From an uncultured Clostridia bacterium (lineage in GTDB: Bacteria; Bacillota; Clostridia; Oscillospirales; Acutalibacteraceae), in contig CALWUX010000111.1 in NCBI GenBank assembly GCA_944384795.1, forward strand, positions 1-52,385: a stretch of 52,385 nt of DNA, read 5' to 3'. Positions 44,506 to 52,385 of the stretch are shown here, one piece after another (position 1 is the first letter of the stretch; every line of letters begins with the position of its first letter). The notes below the pieces were generated by a model, which had not been told where the DNA came from, did not search any database, and saw nothing but the letters and a program-made list of their open reading frames with translations. The translations under genes were made by a program, and so were the position numbers.

Positions 44506-45840
44506 TTGTTTAAAACAATACGGAATGCCTGGGCTTTGCCTGATTTAAGAAAAAAATTACTGTTCACACTGTTTATCATCATTATTTTCAGAATCGGTTC
44601 TGTGATTCCCGTTCCGTTTTTGAATGCAGATGCACTGGCAGGTTTGATGAACACGGTAGCAGGCAGCGGTTCTGCGCTGGGCTACCTGGATATGCTTTCC
44701 GGCGGCGCGTTTGCAAGCGCAACGCTGTTTGCCATGTCCATTACGCCGTATATCAACGCGTCCATTATTATGCAGCTGCTGACGGTTGCTATTCCGCCCT
44801 TGGAACGGCTGTCCCGTGAAGGCGAGCTGGGGCGTAAGAAAATTACGGCCATTACCCGGTATTTAACAGTAGCTTTGGGCCTGATACAGGGCACAGGTTA
44901 CTACTTCTATTTAAGAGCAAGCAACTATGAAGGCGCAAATGTTGTAAAGTACACCGAAGGCGGCGCGCAGGTATTTTCCGCAATCGTTATTATTCTGACG
45001 TTTACTGCGGGCACGGCATTGCTGATGTGGCTTGGTGAGCAAATCAACAAGCGCGGTGTGGGCAACGGTATTTCCATTATCCTGTTTGCGGGTATTGTGG
45101 CAAATATGCCTACGCTGTTTACCCATCTGGTAAATTACTTTATCGACGCCTGCAAGTATCCGGGCGCAAGCTGGAGGTACTTCATTTTGGCTCCTGTGTT
45201 CCTGCTCATTTTCCTGGGTCTGCTGTGGGTCATTTCCTTTATGAACGACGCAGAACGCCGGATACCCATTCAATACGCCAAACGTGTTGTGGGCAGAAAA
45301 ATGTATCAGGGCCAAAGCACACATATTCCGATCAAGGTAGGCGTTTCTGGCGTGCTGCCGGTCATTTTTGCCAGCTCCATTCTTTCCATTCCGAGTACCA
45401 TTCAGATTTTCCTGGGTGACTCGGTAAGCGAAGGTTTCTGGAAAGGCTTCTTTGACGCTTTTACCACAGGCGGCTGGATTTATTGCATCATTTTTGCTAT
45501 TCTGATTATTCTGTTTGCGTTTTTCTATGTGACCATTCAGTATAATCCGGTGGAAATAGCAAACAACCTGCGTCAGAATAACGGCTCCATTCCGGGTGTA
45601 CGCCCGGGCAAGGCGACTTCTGACTTTATTGCAAAAATCCTTTCTAAAATTACCCTTGTCGGCGCGTTGTTCCTTGCAGTAATCGCTTTGGTGCCAATGG
45701 TTTACACATCTGCTTCCGGTATGAGCGACCTGACCATGGGCGGTACGTCCATTATCATTTTGGTCGGCGTTGCCCTTGAGACCATTAAGCAAATGGAATC
45801 TCAAATGCAGATGCGCAACTACAAAGGCTTCTTAGATTGA
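44506..45840 (+). CDS. secY: preprotein translocase subunit SecY
   Basis: 444 aa, 10-TM pattern, MFKTIRNAWALPDLRKKLLFTL. TTG start with GAGGTGAT upstream. Confidence 0.98.
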   Translation: MFKTIRNAWALPDLRKKLLFTLFIIIIFRIGSVIPVPFLNADALAGLMNTVAGSGSALGYLDMLSGGAFASATLFAMSITPYINASIIMQLLTVAIPPLERLSREGELGRKKITAITRYLTVALGLIQGTGYYFYLRASNYEGANVVKYTEGGAQVFSAIVIILTFTAGTALLMWLGEQINKRGVGNGISIILFAGIVANMPTLFTHLVNYFIDACKYPGASWRYFILAPVFLLIFLGLLWVISFMNDAERRIPIQYAKRVVGRKMYQGQSTHIPIKVGVSGVLPVIFASSILSIPSTIQIFLGDSVSEGFWKGFFDAFTTGGWIYCIIFAILIILFAFFYVTIQYNPVEIANNLRQNNGSIPGVRPGKATSDFIAKILSKITLVGALFLAVIALVPMVYTSASGMSDLTMGGTSIIILVGVALETIKQMESQMQMRNYKGFLD

Positions 45841-45870
45841 TGCTTTTTGAGCAGATAGGAGTCAAAAGAT

Positions 45871-46503
45871 ATGAATATCATTCTGCTTGGTGCACCGGGC
45901 GCCGGAAAAGGAACACAGGCGGCCATTATCTGTGACCGCTTGCATATACCGACAATTTCAACGGGAAATATTATCCGTGCAGCGCTGAAAAGCGGTACTG
46001 AAATGGGCTTAAAGGCAAAATCCTATATGGATGAGGGAAAGCTGGTGCCGGACGAAGTAGTTATTGGCATCATCAAAGAGCGTTTAGCAGAAGATGACTG
46101 CAAAAACGGCTTTGTTCTGGACGGCTTTCCGCGTACCATTCCTCAGGCCGAGGCTCTGGACAGCATGGGCATACAAATCGACAAGGTCATTGATATTGAA
46201 GTGTCTGATGAAGAGATTGTAGGCCGTTTGTCCGGACGCCGTGTTTGTGAAAGCTGCAGTGACACATACCATGTGGCGCATCACCCGCCGCAGGAAGAGG
46301 GTAAGTGTGATAAGTGCGGCGGCACCCTTGTTCAGCGCAAAGATGATCATCCTGAAACAGTAAACGACCGCTTGCGTGTATACCACGAACAAACGGAACC
46401 ATTAAAAGGCTATTATGAAAAACAAGGCAAATTGTTTGAAGTAAAGGGCGAAGGGGATATTGGCGATATTACCCGCCTGACCCTTGCTGCGATTGAGGCG
46501 TAA
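45871..46503 (+). CDS. adk: adenylate kinase (zinc-lid type)
   Basis: MNIILLGAPGAGKGTQA with lid CESC...CDKCGG. Confidence 0.98.
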   Translation: MNIILLGAPGAGKGTQAAIICDRLHIPTISTGNIIRAALKSGTEMGLKAKSYMDEGKLVPDEVVIGIIKERLAEDDCKNGFVLDGFPRTIPQAEALDSMGIQIDKVIDIEVSDEEIVGRLSGRRVCESCSDTYHVAHHPPQEEGKCDKCGGTLVQRKDDHPETVNDRLRVYHEQTEPLKGYYEKQGKLFEVKGEGDIGDITRLTLAAIEA

Positions 46504-46505
46504 TT

Positions 46506-47258
46506 ATGGTTGTGTTAAAAACAAGCCGTGAGCTTGAAGCAATGAGAGCCGCGGGAAGAATTTCGTCACGGGCATTAAAATTGGCCGGTGAGGCGGTTGA
46601 ACCGGGTGTAAGCACCCTGGAGATAGACCGGATTGTTCGTAAGTATATAGAAGAGCAGGGAGCAACACCCTCCTTTTTGAACTATGGAGGGTTCCCGGCA
46701 AGCGCTTGTATTTCAGTGAATGATGTGGTCATCCACGGCATACCTCGTAAGAACCAGATTTTAAAGCAGGGCGACATTGTAAGCATTGATGTCGGTGCTT
46801 TTTATGAGGGCTTTCACGGTGACAACGCATGGACATTTCCGTGCGGGGAGGTCAGCCGGGAAGCGCAGGCTCTTATGGATGCAACTCGCGAAAGCCTGTT
46901 TGAGGGCATTGCGGCCGCAAGGCTGGGGAACAGGCTGGGCGATATTGGAAGCGCGGTCCAAAGGTATGTCGAGGCACGTGGCTACTCGGTGGTACGCGAT
47001 TTTGTCGGCCACGGAGTAGGCGCGGAGCTGCATGAAGATCCGAGCGTACCAAATTACGGCACACCGGGAAGAGGTGTGCGTCTGTTACCAGGAATGACGA
47101 TTGCAATTGAACCAATGGTAAACGCGGGAGTACACACGGTGGAGGTATTGCCGGATAAATGGACGACGGTTACCACCGACGGTAAGCTCTCGGCGCATTT
47201 TGAGCATACAATTGCAATTACACCGGACGGTCCTGTGATTTTGACCTTGCCGGATTAA
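46506..47258 (+). CDS. map: type I methionine aminopeptidase
   Basis: 250 aa with ..VIHGIP.., DVGA, HGVG and EPMV motifs. Confidence 0.97.
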   Translation: MVVLKTSRELEAMRAAGRISSRALKLAGEAVEPGVSTLEIDRIVRKYIEEQGATPSFLNYGGFPASACISVNDVVIHGIPRKNQILKQGDIVSIDVGAFYEGFHGDNAWTFPCGEVSREAQALMDATRESLFEGIAAARLGNRLGDIGSAVQRYVEARGYSVVRDFVGHGVGAELHEDPSVPNYGTPGRGVRLLPGMTIAIEPMVNAGVHTVEVLPDKWTTVTTDGKLSAHFEHTIAITPDGPVILTLPD

Positions 47259-47268
47259 GGTGAGCAAA

Positions 47269-47511
47269 ATGGAATTTGTAAAGGGACTTGTTGTACGGTC
47301 TAAGGCGGGGCACGACAAAGGCCGCTTTTACGCGGTACTGTCTGCAACGGCGGACACGGCGCTTGTTTGCGACGGCAGCCGCCGGACCCTTGCCAACCCA
47401 AAGAGAAAGAAGCTGATCCATCTTTCTCCGACAAAAACGGTAATTCCGAATCATATCATGAAAACCAATCGAGAAATCTATCAATTTTTACAGCCCTTTG
47501 GCTGCAAATAG
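47269..47511 (+). CDS. small KOW-domain RNA-binding protein (L14e-like) encoded between map and infA
   Basis: [24 protein letters not shown] is a KOW-like G-x-V-V-x-S-x-A-G-x-D-K-G motif. The ATG at 47269 has AAGGTGAG upstream; the track start is the GTG at 47260. Confidence 0.7.
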   Translation: MEFVKGLVVRSKAGHDKGRFYAVLSATADTALVCDGSRRTLANPKRKKLIHLSPTKTVIPNHIMKTNREIYQFLQPFGCK

Positions 47512-47537
47512 ATTTTCGCTTTAGGAGGTTATTCTTT

Positions 47538-47756
47538 ATGTCAAAACAGGACGTAATTGAAATTGAAGGTACGGTAACGGAAGCTCTGCCAAACGCGATG
47601 TTTAACGTAGAGCTGCCAAACGGCCATGTGATTCTGGCCCATATTTCCGGTAAGCTGCGCATGAATTTTATCCGCATTTTGCCGGGGGATAAGGTAACGG
47701 TAGAAATGTCGCCTTATGATTTAACAAGAGGGCGTATTACATGGCGTTCCAAGTAA
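47538..47756 (+). CDS. infA: translation initiation factor IF-1
   Basis: [53 protein letters not shown]; AGGAGG RBS. The track ORF from 47367 is an upstream extension. Confidence 0.99.
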   Translation: MSKQDVIEIEGTVTEALPNAMFNVELPNGHVILAHISGKLRMNFIRILPGDKVTVEMSPYDLTRGRITWRSK

Positions 47757-47795
47757 AATAAAACAGACGACTTCACTTAATAAGGAGGGCGCACA

Positions 47796-47909
47796 AATGA
47801 AAGTCAGACCTTCTGTCAAGAAAATTTGTGAAAAATGCAAAGTAATCAAGCGCAAGGGTAGAATCATGGTAATTTGTGAGAACCCGAAGCACAAACAGCG
47901 CCAGGGCTG
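47796..47909 (+). CDS. rpmJ: 50S ribosomal protein L36 (zinc-binding form)
   Basis: Not in the ORF track (37 aa). My translation is [37 protein letters not shown], with AAGGAGGG upstream. Confidence 0.97.
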
Positions 47910-47942
47910 ATGGCGCGAACTTAACATGGAGGTGCAACCAGT

Positions 47943-48311
47943 ATGGCGCGTATAGCAGGTATTGATTTACCAAGAGATAAGCGTATTGAAATCGGTCTTA
48001 CTTATATTTACGGTATCGGCCGCAAATCCGCTTCTGATATTTTGAAAGCGACAGGCATTGACCCGGATTTGAGAGTAAGAGATTTAACTGAGGACGATGC
48101 GTCTAAACTGAGAGAATATATCGAGCATCATTACCGCGTAGAGGGCGATTTGAGACGTGATGTTGCTTTTGATATTAAAAGATTGATTGAAATTCAATGC
48201 TACCGCGGAATTCGCCACCGCAAAGGACTGCCTGTAAGGGGCCAGCGTTCCAAAACAAACGCGCGTACCCGTAAAGGTCCTAAAAAGACAATGGCTAATA
48301 AAAAGAAATAA
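47943..48311 (+). CDS. rpsM: 30S ribosomal protein S13
   Basis: [26 protein letters not shown]. Confidence 0.99.
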   Translation: MARIAGIDLPRDKRIEIGLTYIYGIGRKSASDILKATGIDPDLRVRDLTEDDASKLREYIEHHYRVEGDLRRDVAFDIKRLIEIQCYRGIRHRKGLPVRGQRSKTNARTRKGPKKTMANKKK

Positions 48312-48336
48312 GCGTAGTTAGGAGGGATTTATTAAG

Positions 48337-48741
48337 ATGGCAGCACAAAAAGGCGGTAAGAAAACCGCAGTTCGCAGACGCCGCGAGCGCAAAAACATTG
48401 AGCGCGGAGCTGCTCACATCCAGTCCACCTTTAATAATACAATTGTTACCATTACAGACGTTCAGGGCAACGCAATTTCCTGGGCAAGTTCCGGTGAGCT
48501 GGGCTTTCGAGGTTCCAGAAAATCCACACCTTTTGCCGCGCAGACCGCGGCAGAAACAGCCGCAAAGGCAGCTATGGAGCACGGCATGAAAACAGTTGAG
48601 GTTTTTGTAAAAGGACCCGGTGCCGGTCGTGAGGCTGCGATTCGTGCGTTGCAGGGCGCGGGCCTGGAAGTCAGCATGATTAAAGACGTTACACCGATTC
48701 CGCATAACGGATGCCGTCCTCCAAAAAGAAGACGCGTATAG
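48337..48741 (+). CDS. rpsK: 30S ribosomal protein S11
   Basis: 134 aa, ..[23 protein letters not shown]... Confidence 0.99.
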   Translation: MAAQKGGKKTAVRRRRERKNIERGAAHIQSTFNNTIVTITDVQGNAISWASSGELGFRGSRKSTPFAAQTAAETAAKAAMEHGMKTVEVFVKGPGAGREAAIRALQGAGLEVSMIKDVTPIPHNGCRPPKRRRV

Positions 48742-48779
48742 TTTATTGTAATTAACAATTATCGAAGGAGGATACTTGA

Positions 48780-49373
48780 ATGGCTAAAAATACTCAGCCA
48801 ATTCTGAAGAGATGCAGAACGCTGGGAATCGATCCCGGCGTTGTAGGCGTAAGCCAAAAATCTATCAGAAATCCAAAACCAGGCAGAAGAAAACAAAGCG
48901 AGTATGGACTGCAGTTAAATGAAAAGCAAAAAGCAAAATTCATTTACGGCGTGCTGGAAAAGCAGTTTAGAAAATACTATGTTATGGCTACAAAGCAAAA
49001 CGGCGTTACCGGCGAGATTTTGCTCTCTATTTTGGAAAGCAGGCTGGACAACGTTGTTTACAGACTGGGCTTTGCCAATACAAGACGTGAAGCCAGACAA
49101 ATGGTAAGCCACGGTCATATTACCGTAAACGGCAAAAAAGTGGACATCGCTTCTTATCTGGTAACCCCCGGAGAAGTGATCTCAATCAGAGAAAAAAGCC
49201 GCAGCTCCGTACGTATTAAAGAGGTGCTGGAGCAAAATGCACAAACCCCTATCGTTAAGTGGCTGGAGCTGGACAGAAACACTTTGCAGGGCAAAGTTGT
49301 TGCACTGGCCGGCAGAGATGATATTGACTACGATATCAATGAAACACTTATCGTTGAGTTGTACTCCAAATAA
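48780..49373 (+). CDS. rpsD: 30S ribosomal protein S4
   Basis: 197 aa with ..LQLNEKQKAKFIYGVLEKQFR.. and the S4 domain RLDNVVYRLGFA.TRREARQMVSHGHI.VNG. Confidence 0.98.
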   Translation: MAKNTQPILKRCRTLGIDPGVVGVSQKSIRNPKPGRRKQSEYGLQLNEKQKAKFIYGVLEKQFRKYYVMATKQNGVTGEILLSILESRLDNVVYRLGFANTRREARQMVSHGHITVNGKKVDIASYLVTPGEVISIREKSRSSVRIKEVLEQNAQTPIVKWLELDRNTLQGKVVALAGRDDIDYDINETLIVELYSK

Positions 49374-49443
49374 TGCCATTGTAGGCATAATGTACATCAT
49401 GGTGATTTTATGTTGCCTAAATGTGTAAAAGGAGGTTTGCTAA

Positions 49444-50400
49444 ATGATTGAGATTGAAAAGCCAAAGATTGAAACTGAAATTCTATCTGAGGACGGAACT
49501 CACGGCAAATTTGTGGTAGAACCGCTGGAGCGTGGATTTGGCACTACACTGGGCAATGGTCTCAGACGCGTGCTGCTTTCCTCTCTGCCGGGTGTTGCGG
49601 CAACGTCTATTAAAATTGACGGTGTTGTTCATGAATTTTCCACTGTGCCGGGTGTAAAGGAAGATGTTACGGAAATTGTTCTGAACATCAAAGGCCTAAT
49701 TGCCAATTTACACTGCGACGGCCCTAAAACCGTGGAAATTTCCGCAGAAGGCCCCTGCAATGTTACAGCCGGTTCTATTAACTGCGACAGCGAGGTTGAA
49801 ATTTTAAATCCGGATATGCACATCGCAACATTGAGCGAAGGGGCAAAATTGTCCATGGAGATTACCCTGGACCGCGGCCGTGGTTATGTTTCCGCAGACC
49901 GCAACAAAGCCCAAATGACAACAAACGTAATTGGTGAGCTTCCGATAGATTCCATTTACACTCCTGTTTTAAAAGTGAACTACAATGTTGAGCCTACACG
50001 TGTCGGTCAAAGCATCGATTTTGATAAATTGAACCTGGAAGTGTGGACAAACGGCATTATTAGTGCGCAGGAAGCCGTTTCTTTAGCCGCGAAAATCTTA
50101 ACAGAGCACCTGAATCTGTTTGTAGACCTGTCCGATGCGGGCAGCAATACGGAGATTATGGTGGAAAAAGACGATAAGGGCAAAGAAAAAGTGCTTGAAA
50201 TGACGATTGAGGAGCTGGACTTGTCCGTACGTTCCTTCAACTGTCTCAAACGTGCAGGAATTAACACGGTTGAGGACCTGATCAATAAATCGGAAGAGGA
50301 AATGATGAAGGTTCGCAATCTGGGACGCAAGTCTTTAGAAGAAGTTATTTGGAAGATGAATTCTCTCGGCTTTAATCTTCATAAAGATGACGATAACTGA
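49444..50400 (+). CDS. rpoA: DNA-directed RNA polymerase subunit alpha
   Basis: 318 aa with [10 protein letters not shown]..., [18 protein letters not shown] and the C-terminal domain [14 protein letters not shown]. Confidence 0.99.
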   Translation: MIEIEKPKIETEILSEDGTHGKFVVEPLERGFGTTLGNGLRRVLLSSLPGVAATSIKIDGVVHEFSTVPGVKEDVTEIVLNIKGLIANLHCDGPKTVEISAEGPCNVTAGSINCDSEVEILNPDMHIATLSEGAKLSMEITLDRGRGYVSADRNKAQMTTNVIGELPIDSIYTPVLKVNYNVEPTRVGQSIDFDKLNLEVWTNGIISAQEAVSLAAKILTEHLNLFVDLSDAGSNTEIMVEKDDKGKEKVLEMTIEELDLSVRSFNCLKRAGINTVEDLINKSEEEMMKVRNLGRKSLEEVIWKMNSLGFNLHKDDDN

Positions 50401-50439
50401 TATCTTCGTTTTAACCTAAGGTAAAGGAGTGATTTTTCG

Positions 50440-50781
50440 ATGCCAGGAACAAGAAAGCTCGGCAGAGCGACCAGTCATAGAACCGCAATGCTGCGCGGCT
50501 TGGTAACCTTTTTGTTGGAGAACGGCAAGATTGAAACAACGGTTACCCGCGCAAAAGAAGTGCGTGCGCTGACAGAGAAGATGATTACGATTGCAAAGGA
50601 AGACTCTCTTCATAATAAGCGTTTGGTAATGGCTTTTGTTACAAAAGAAGACGTTACCCATAAGCTGTTTACAGAGATTGCTCCGAAATATGCAGACCGC
50701 AACGGTGGTTATACCCGTATTACAAAGCTGGGTCCCAGACGCGGCGATGCTGCAGAGATGGCAATGATCGAATTGATTTAA
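50440..50781 (+). CDS. rplQ: 50S ribosomal protein L17
   Basis: [24 protein letters not shown]....I.TT..RAKE.R. Confidence 0.99.
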   Translation: MPGTRKLGRATSHRTAMLRGLVTFLLENGKIETTVTRAKEVRALTEKMITIAKEDSLHNKRLVMAFVTKEDVTHKLFTEIAPKYADRNGGYTRITKLGPRRGDAAEMAMIELI

Positions 50782-50807
50782 CAAACAAAATGGCATAAAA
50801 GAGCGTC

Positions 50808-50845
50808 GGCAATCAATGCCGACGTTCTTTTTTTTGTCCTTTCAG
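50808..50845 (+). terminator. intrinsic terminator of the ribosomal protein operon
   Basis: GAGCGTCGGCA-atcaa-TGCCGACGTTC followed by TTTTTTTT. Confidence 0.85.
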
Positions 50846-50952
50846 GGCTTGCTTGCGAGCTTTTTAGAGTACCTGAAAGAAAGGGATAATAGGATTTTAT
50901 AGGATACAAGATAGCGCAAACTGATTATAGAGGATAGAGGCAAACAGCAAAT

Positions 50953-50981
50953 AAAAAAGGCAGCCGTCAGGCTGCTTTTTT
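50953..50981. terminator. bidirectional intrinsic terminator (end of serA)
   Basis: AAAAAAGGCAGCC-gtca-GGCTGCTTTTTT. Confidence 0.75.
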
Positions 50982-50994
50982 ATATCTTTCTTGA

Positions 50995-52158
50995 TTAAAT
51001 TACACGGACAAAGATAACGCCGTCGTGGTCGTTAATGGCTTTTACCGTAGCGTCGTTTACATTGCCGGTAACGTCCAAAATGGTGTAAGCGTGCTCTTTT
51101 TTAGATTTGCTCTGCATATTCTCAATGTTTACGCCGATATTTGCCAATACGCCGGTCAGAGCACTGATCATATTGGGGATATTCTGGTGGATAATGCAGA
51201 CCCTTTTTGCGCCGTTTTCTCTTGGCATGGATACATTGGGCAGGTTAACGGAATTTTTGATATTGCCGTTTTCCAGGTAATCCTTGATTTCGTCTGCAGC
51301 CATGCAGGCGCAATTGTCTTCGGATTCCGGTGTGGAAGCGCCCAGGTGAGGAATCGCGATTACATTTTCTACGCCGAGCAAAGCGTCGCTGGGGAAGTCT
51401 GTTGCATATGCGGCAACTTTTCCGTCAGACAGTGCCTTGAGCAGGTCGGCGTTATTTACCAAATCGCCCCGGGCAAAGTTTACAATACGCACCTGGTCTT
51501 TCATTTGCGCAATGGCGGCAGCGTTGATCATTTCTTTCGTGTCCGGTGTCAGCGGTACGTGCAGGGAGATATAATCGCAGTTTGCATAAATCTCATCTAA
51601 AGTCAGGGCACGCTGTGTATTGCGTGACAAACCCCATGCGCCTTCTACGGAGAGGAACGGGTCATAGCCCATTACGTTCATACCGAGTGCCTCTGCCGCG
51701 TTGGCAACCAGAATGCCAATGGCGCCAAGGCCTACAACGCCGAGAGTTTTGCCTGCAATCTCCGGTCCAACAAAGGAGGACTTGCCTTTTTCCACCAGCT
51801 TGCCTACCTCGTCGCCTTTTCCTTTTAAAGTGCCGGCCCATGTAATGCCGGGTACAATTTTACGAGAGGTAAGCAAAAGGGCGGCAAGCACCAGCTCTTT
51901 TACAGCGTTGGCGTTTGCGCCGGGGGTATTGAATACCACAATGCCTTCCTGTACGCATCTGTCAACGGGAATGTTATTGGTACCTGCGCCGGCACGCGCA
52001 ATGGCAAGCAGGTTTTTGTTGAATTCCATGTCGTGCATTGCGGCGGAACGGACCAGAATGGCGTCGGGATTTTCCACATCTTCGCCTACATTATAATTTT
52101 CGCCCAAACGGCTTGTGCCCAAAGGAGAAATTTTATTTAAACATTTTACCTGGTACAT
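50995..52158 (-). CDS. serA: D-3-phosphoglycerate dehydrogenase (2-hydroxyacid dehydrogenase with a C-terminal ACT domain)
   Basis: NAD-binding GVVGLGAIG, plus the catalytic R/E/H pattern (FARGDLV, HLGAST) and an ACT-like tail. It is adjacent to serC. I prefer the ATG at 52158, which has AAGGTG 6 nt upstream, over the GTG at 52167. Confidence 0.88.
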   Translation of the reverse strand: MYQVKCLNKISPLGTSRLGENYNVGEDVENPDAILVRSAAMHDMEFNKNLLAIARAGAGTNNIPVDRCVQEGIVVFNTPGANANAVKELVLAALLLTSRKIVPGITWAGTLKGKGDEVGKLVEKGKSSFVGPEIAGKTLGVVGLGAIGILVANAAEALGMNVMGYDPFLSVEGAWGLSRNTQRALTLDEIYANCDYISLHVPLTPDTKEMINAAAIAQMKDQVRIVNFARGDLVNNADLLKALSDGKVAAYATDFPSDALLGVENVIAIPHLGASTPESEDNCACMAADEIKDYLENGNIKNSVNLPNVSMPRENGAKRVCIIHQNIPNMISALTGVLANIGVNIENMQSKSKKEHAYTILDVTGNVNDATVKAINDHDGVIFVRVI

Positions 52159-52179
52159 ATGTATCACCTTATTTCTGAA

Positions 52180-52385
52180 TTATTGATTGTTTTGCTCGAA
52201 CTCTTTCATAAATGCGACCAGCTTCTCAACACCTTCCATGGGCATGGCGTTGTAAATAGAAGCGCGCATACCGCCAACAGAACGGTGGCCCTTGATATTT
52301 ACAAAATCATGCTGGCCGGCTTCCTTGATGAACTTCGCGTCCAGCTCTTCGTTGCCTGTTACAAACGGTACGTTCATCAAAGAGC
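52180..52385 (-). CDS. serC: phosphoserine aminotransferase, C-terminal fragment (N-terminus off the window)
   Basis: The frame is open to the window edge. The C-terminus reads ...[60 protein letters not shown] and carries the SerC signature [15 protein letters not shown]. Confidence 0.9.
   Translation of the reverse strand, partial: SLMNVPFVTGNEELDAKFIKEAGQHDFVNIKGHRSVGGMRASIYNAMPMEGVEKLVAFMKEFEQNNQ

Noticed and set aside
1-52385. A search of the whole window for a novel defence, mobile or secretion-type system: integrases, transposases, terminal repeats, CRISPR arrays, toxin-antitoxin pairs, or large unassigned ORFs.
   Set aside because: Every ORF longer than about 100 aa that is not antisense to a recognisable gene has a confident housekeeping assignment. 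Gaps between genes are small and are explained by promoters, terminators or leaders. I found nothing that supports claiming a new system.

Overview
This window is core genome from a Clostridia-type, spore-forming Firmicute (spoVB present, GGAGG ribosome-binding sites, archaeal-type proS, roughly 50% or higher GC by eye). I see no mobile element, CRISPR array, toxin-antitoxin pair or defence gene, and no convincing undescribed multi-gene system. The window has three housekeeping blocks. (1) 1-17453, minus strand, is a tightly packed anaerobic cobalamin cluster with the tetrapyrrole precursor genes embedded. The order is cbiK, cobalamin riboswitch, cbiD, cbiL, cbiF, cbiG, hemA, cbiH, a repeat/hairpin spacer, a cbiJ-sirC fusion, hemC, cobA-hemD, hemB, hemL, cbiET, cbiA, cobT, cobU, cobS. 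(2) 17574-24821, plus strand, is a complete shikimate/aromatic operon: aroB, aroC, an aroE-aroK fusion, aroQ, DAHP synthase, aroA, tyrA. It is followed by pepF, spoVB, prmA, dcd, pheA, a stand-alone acpP, proS and a CPA1 K+/H+ antiporter. (3) 35033-50845, plus strand, is the full S10-spc-alpha ribosomal protein operon from rpsJ to rplQ. It includes secY, adk, map, a small KOW protein and infA, plus rpmD and rpmJ, which are too short for the ORF track. Convergent serA and a partial serC follow. The points worth a second look are all non-coding or architectural. They are the compact riboswitch placed after cbiK, three related triloop hairpins in a tandem repeat between cbiH and cbiJ, the CbiJ-SirC and AroE-AroK fusions, a 489-nt spacer with an attenuator-like leader before rpsJ, and a few unassigned spacers. 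Function calls come from my own recognition of protein motifs and gene context. No database search was run.
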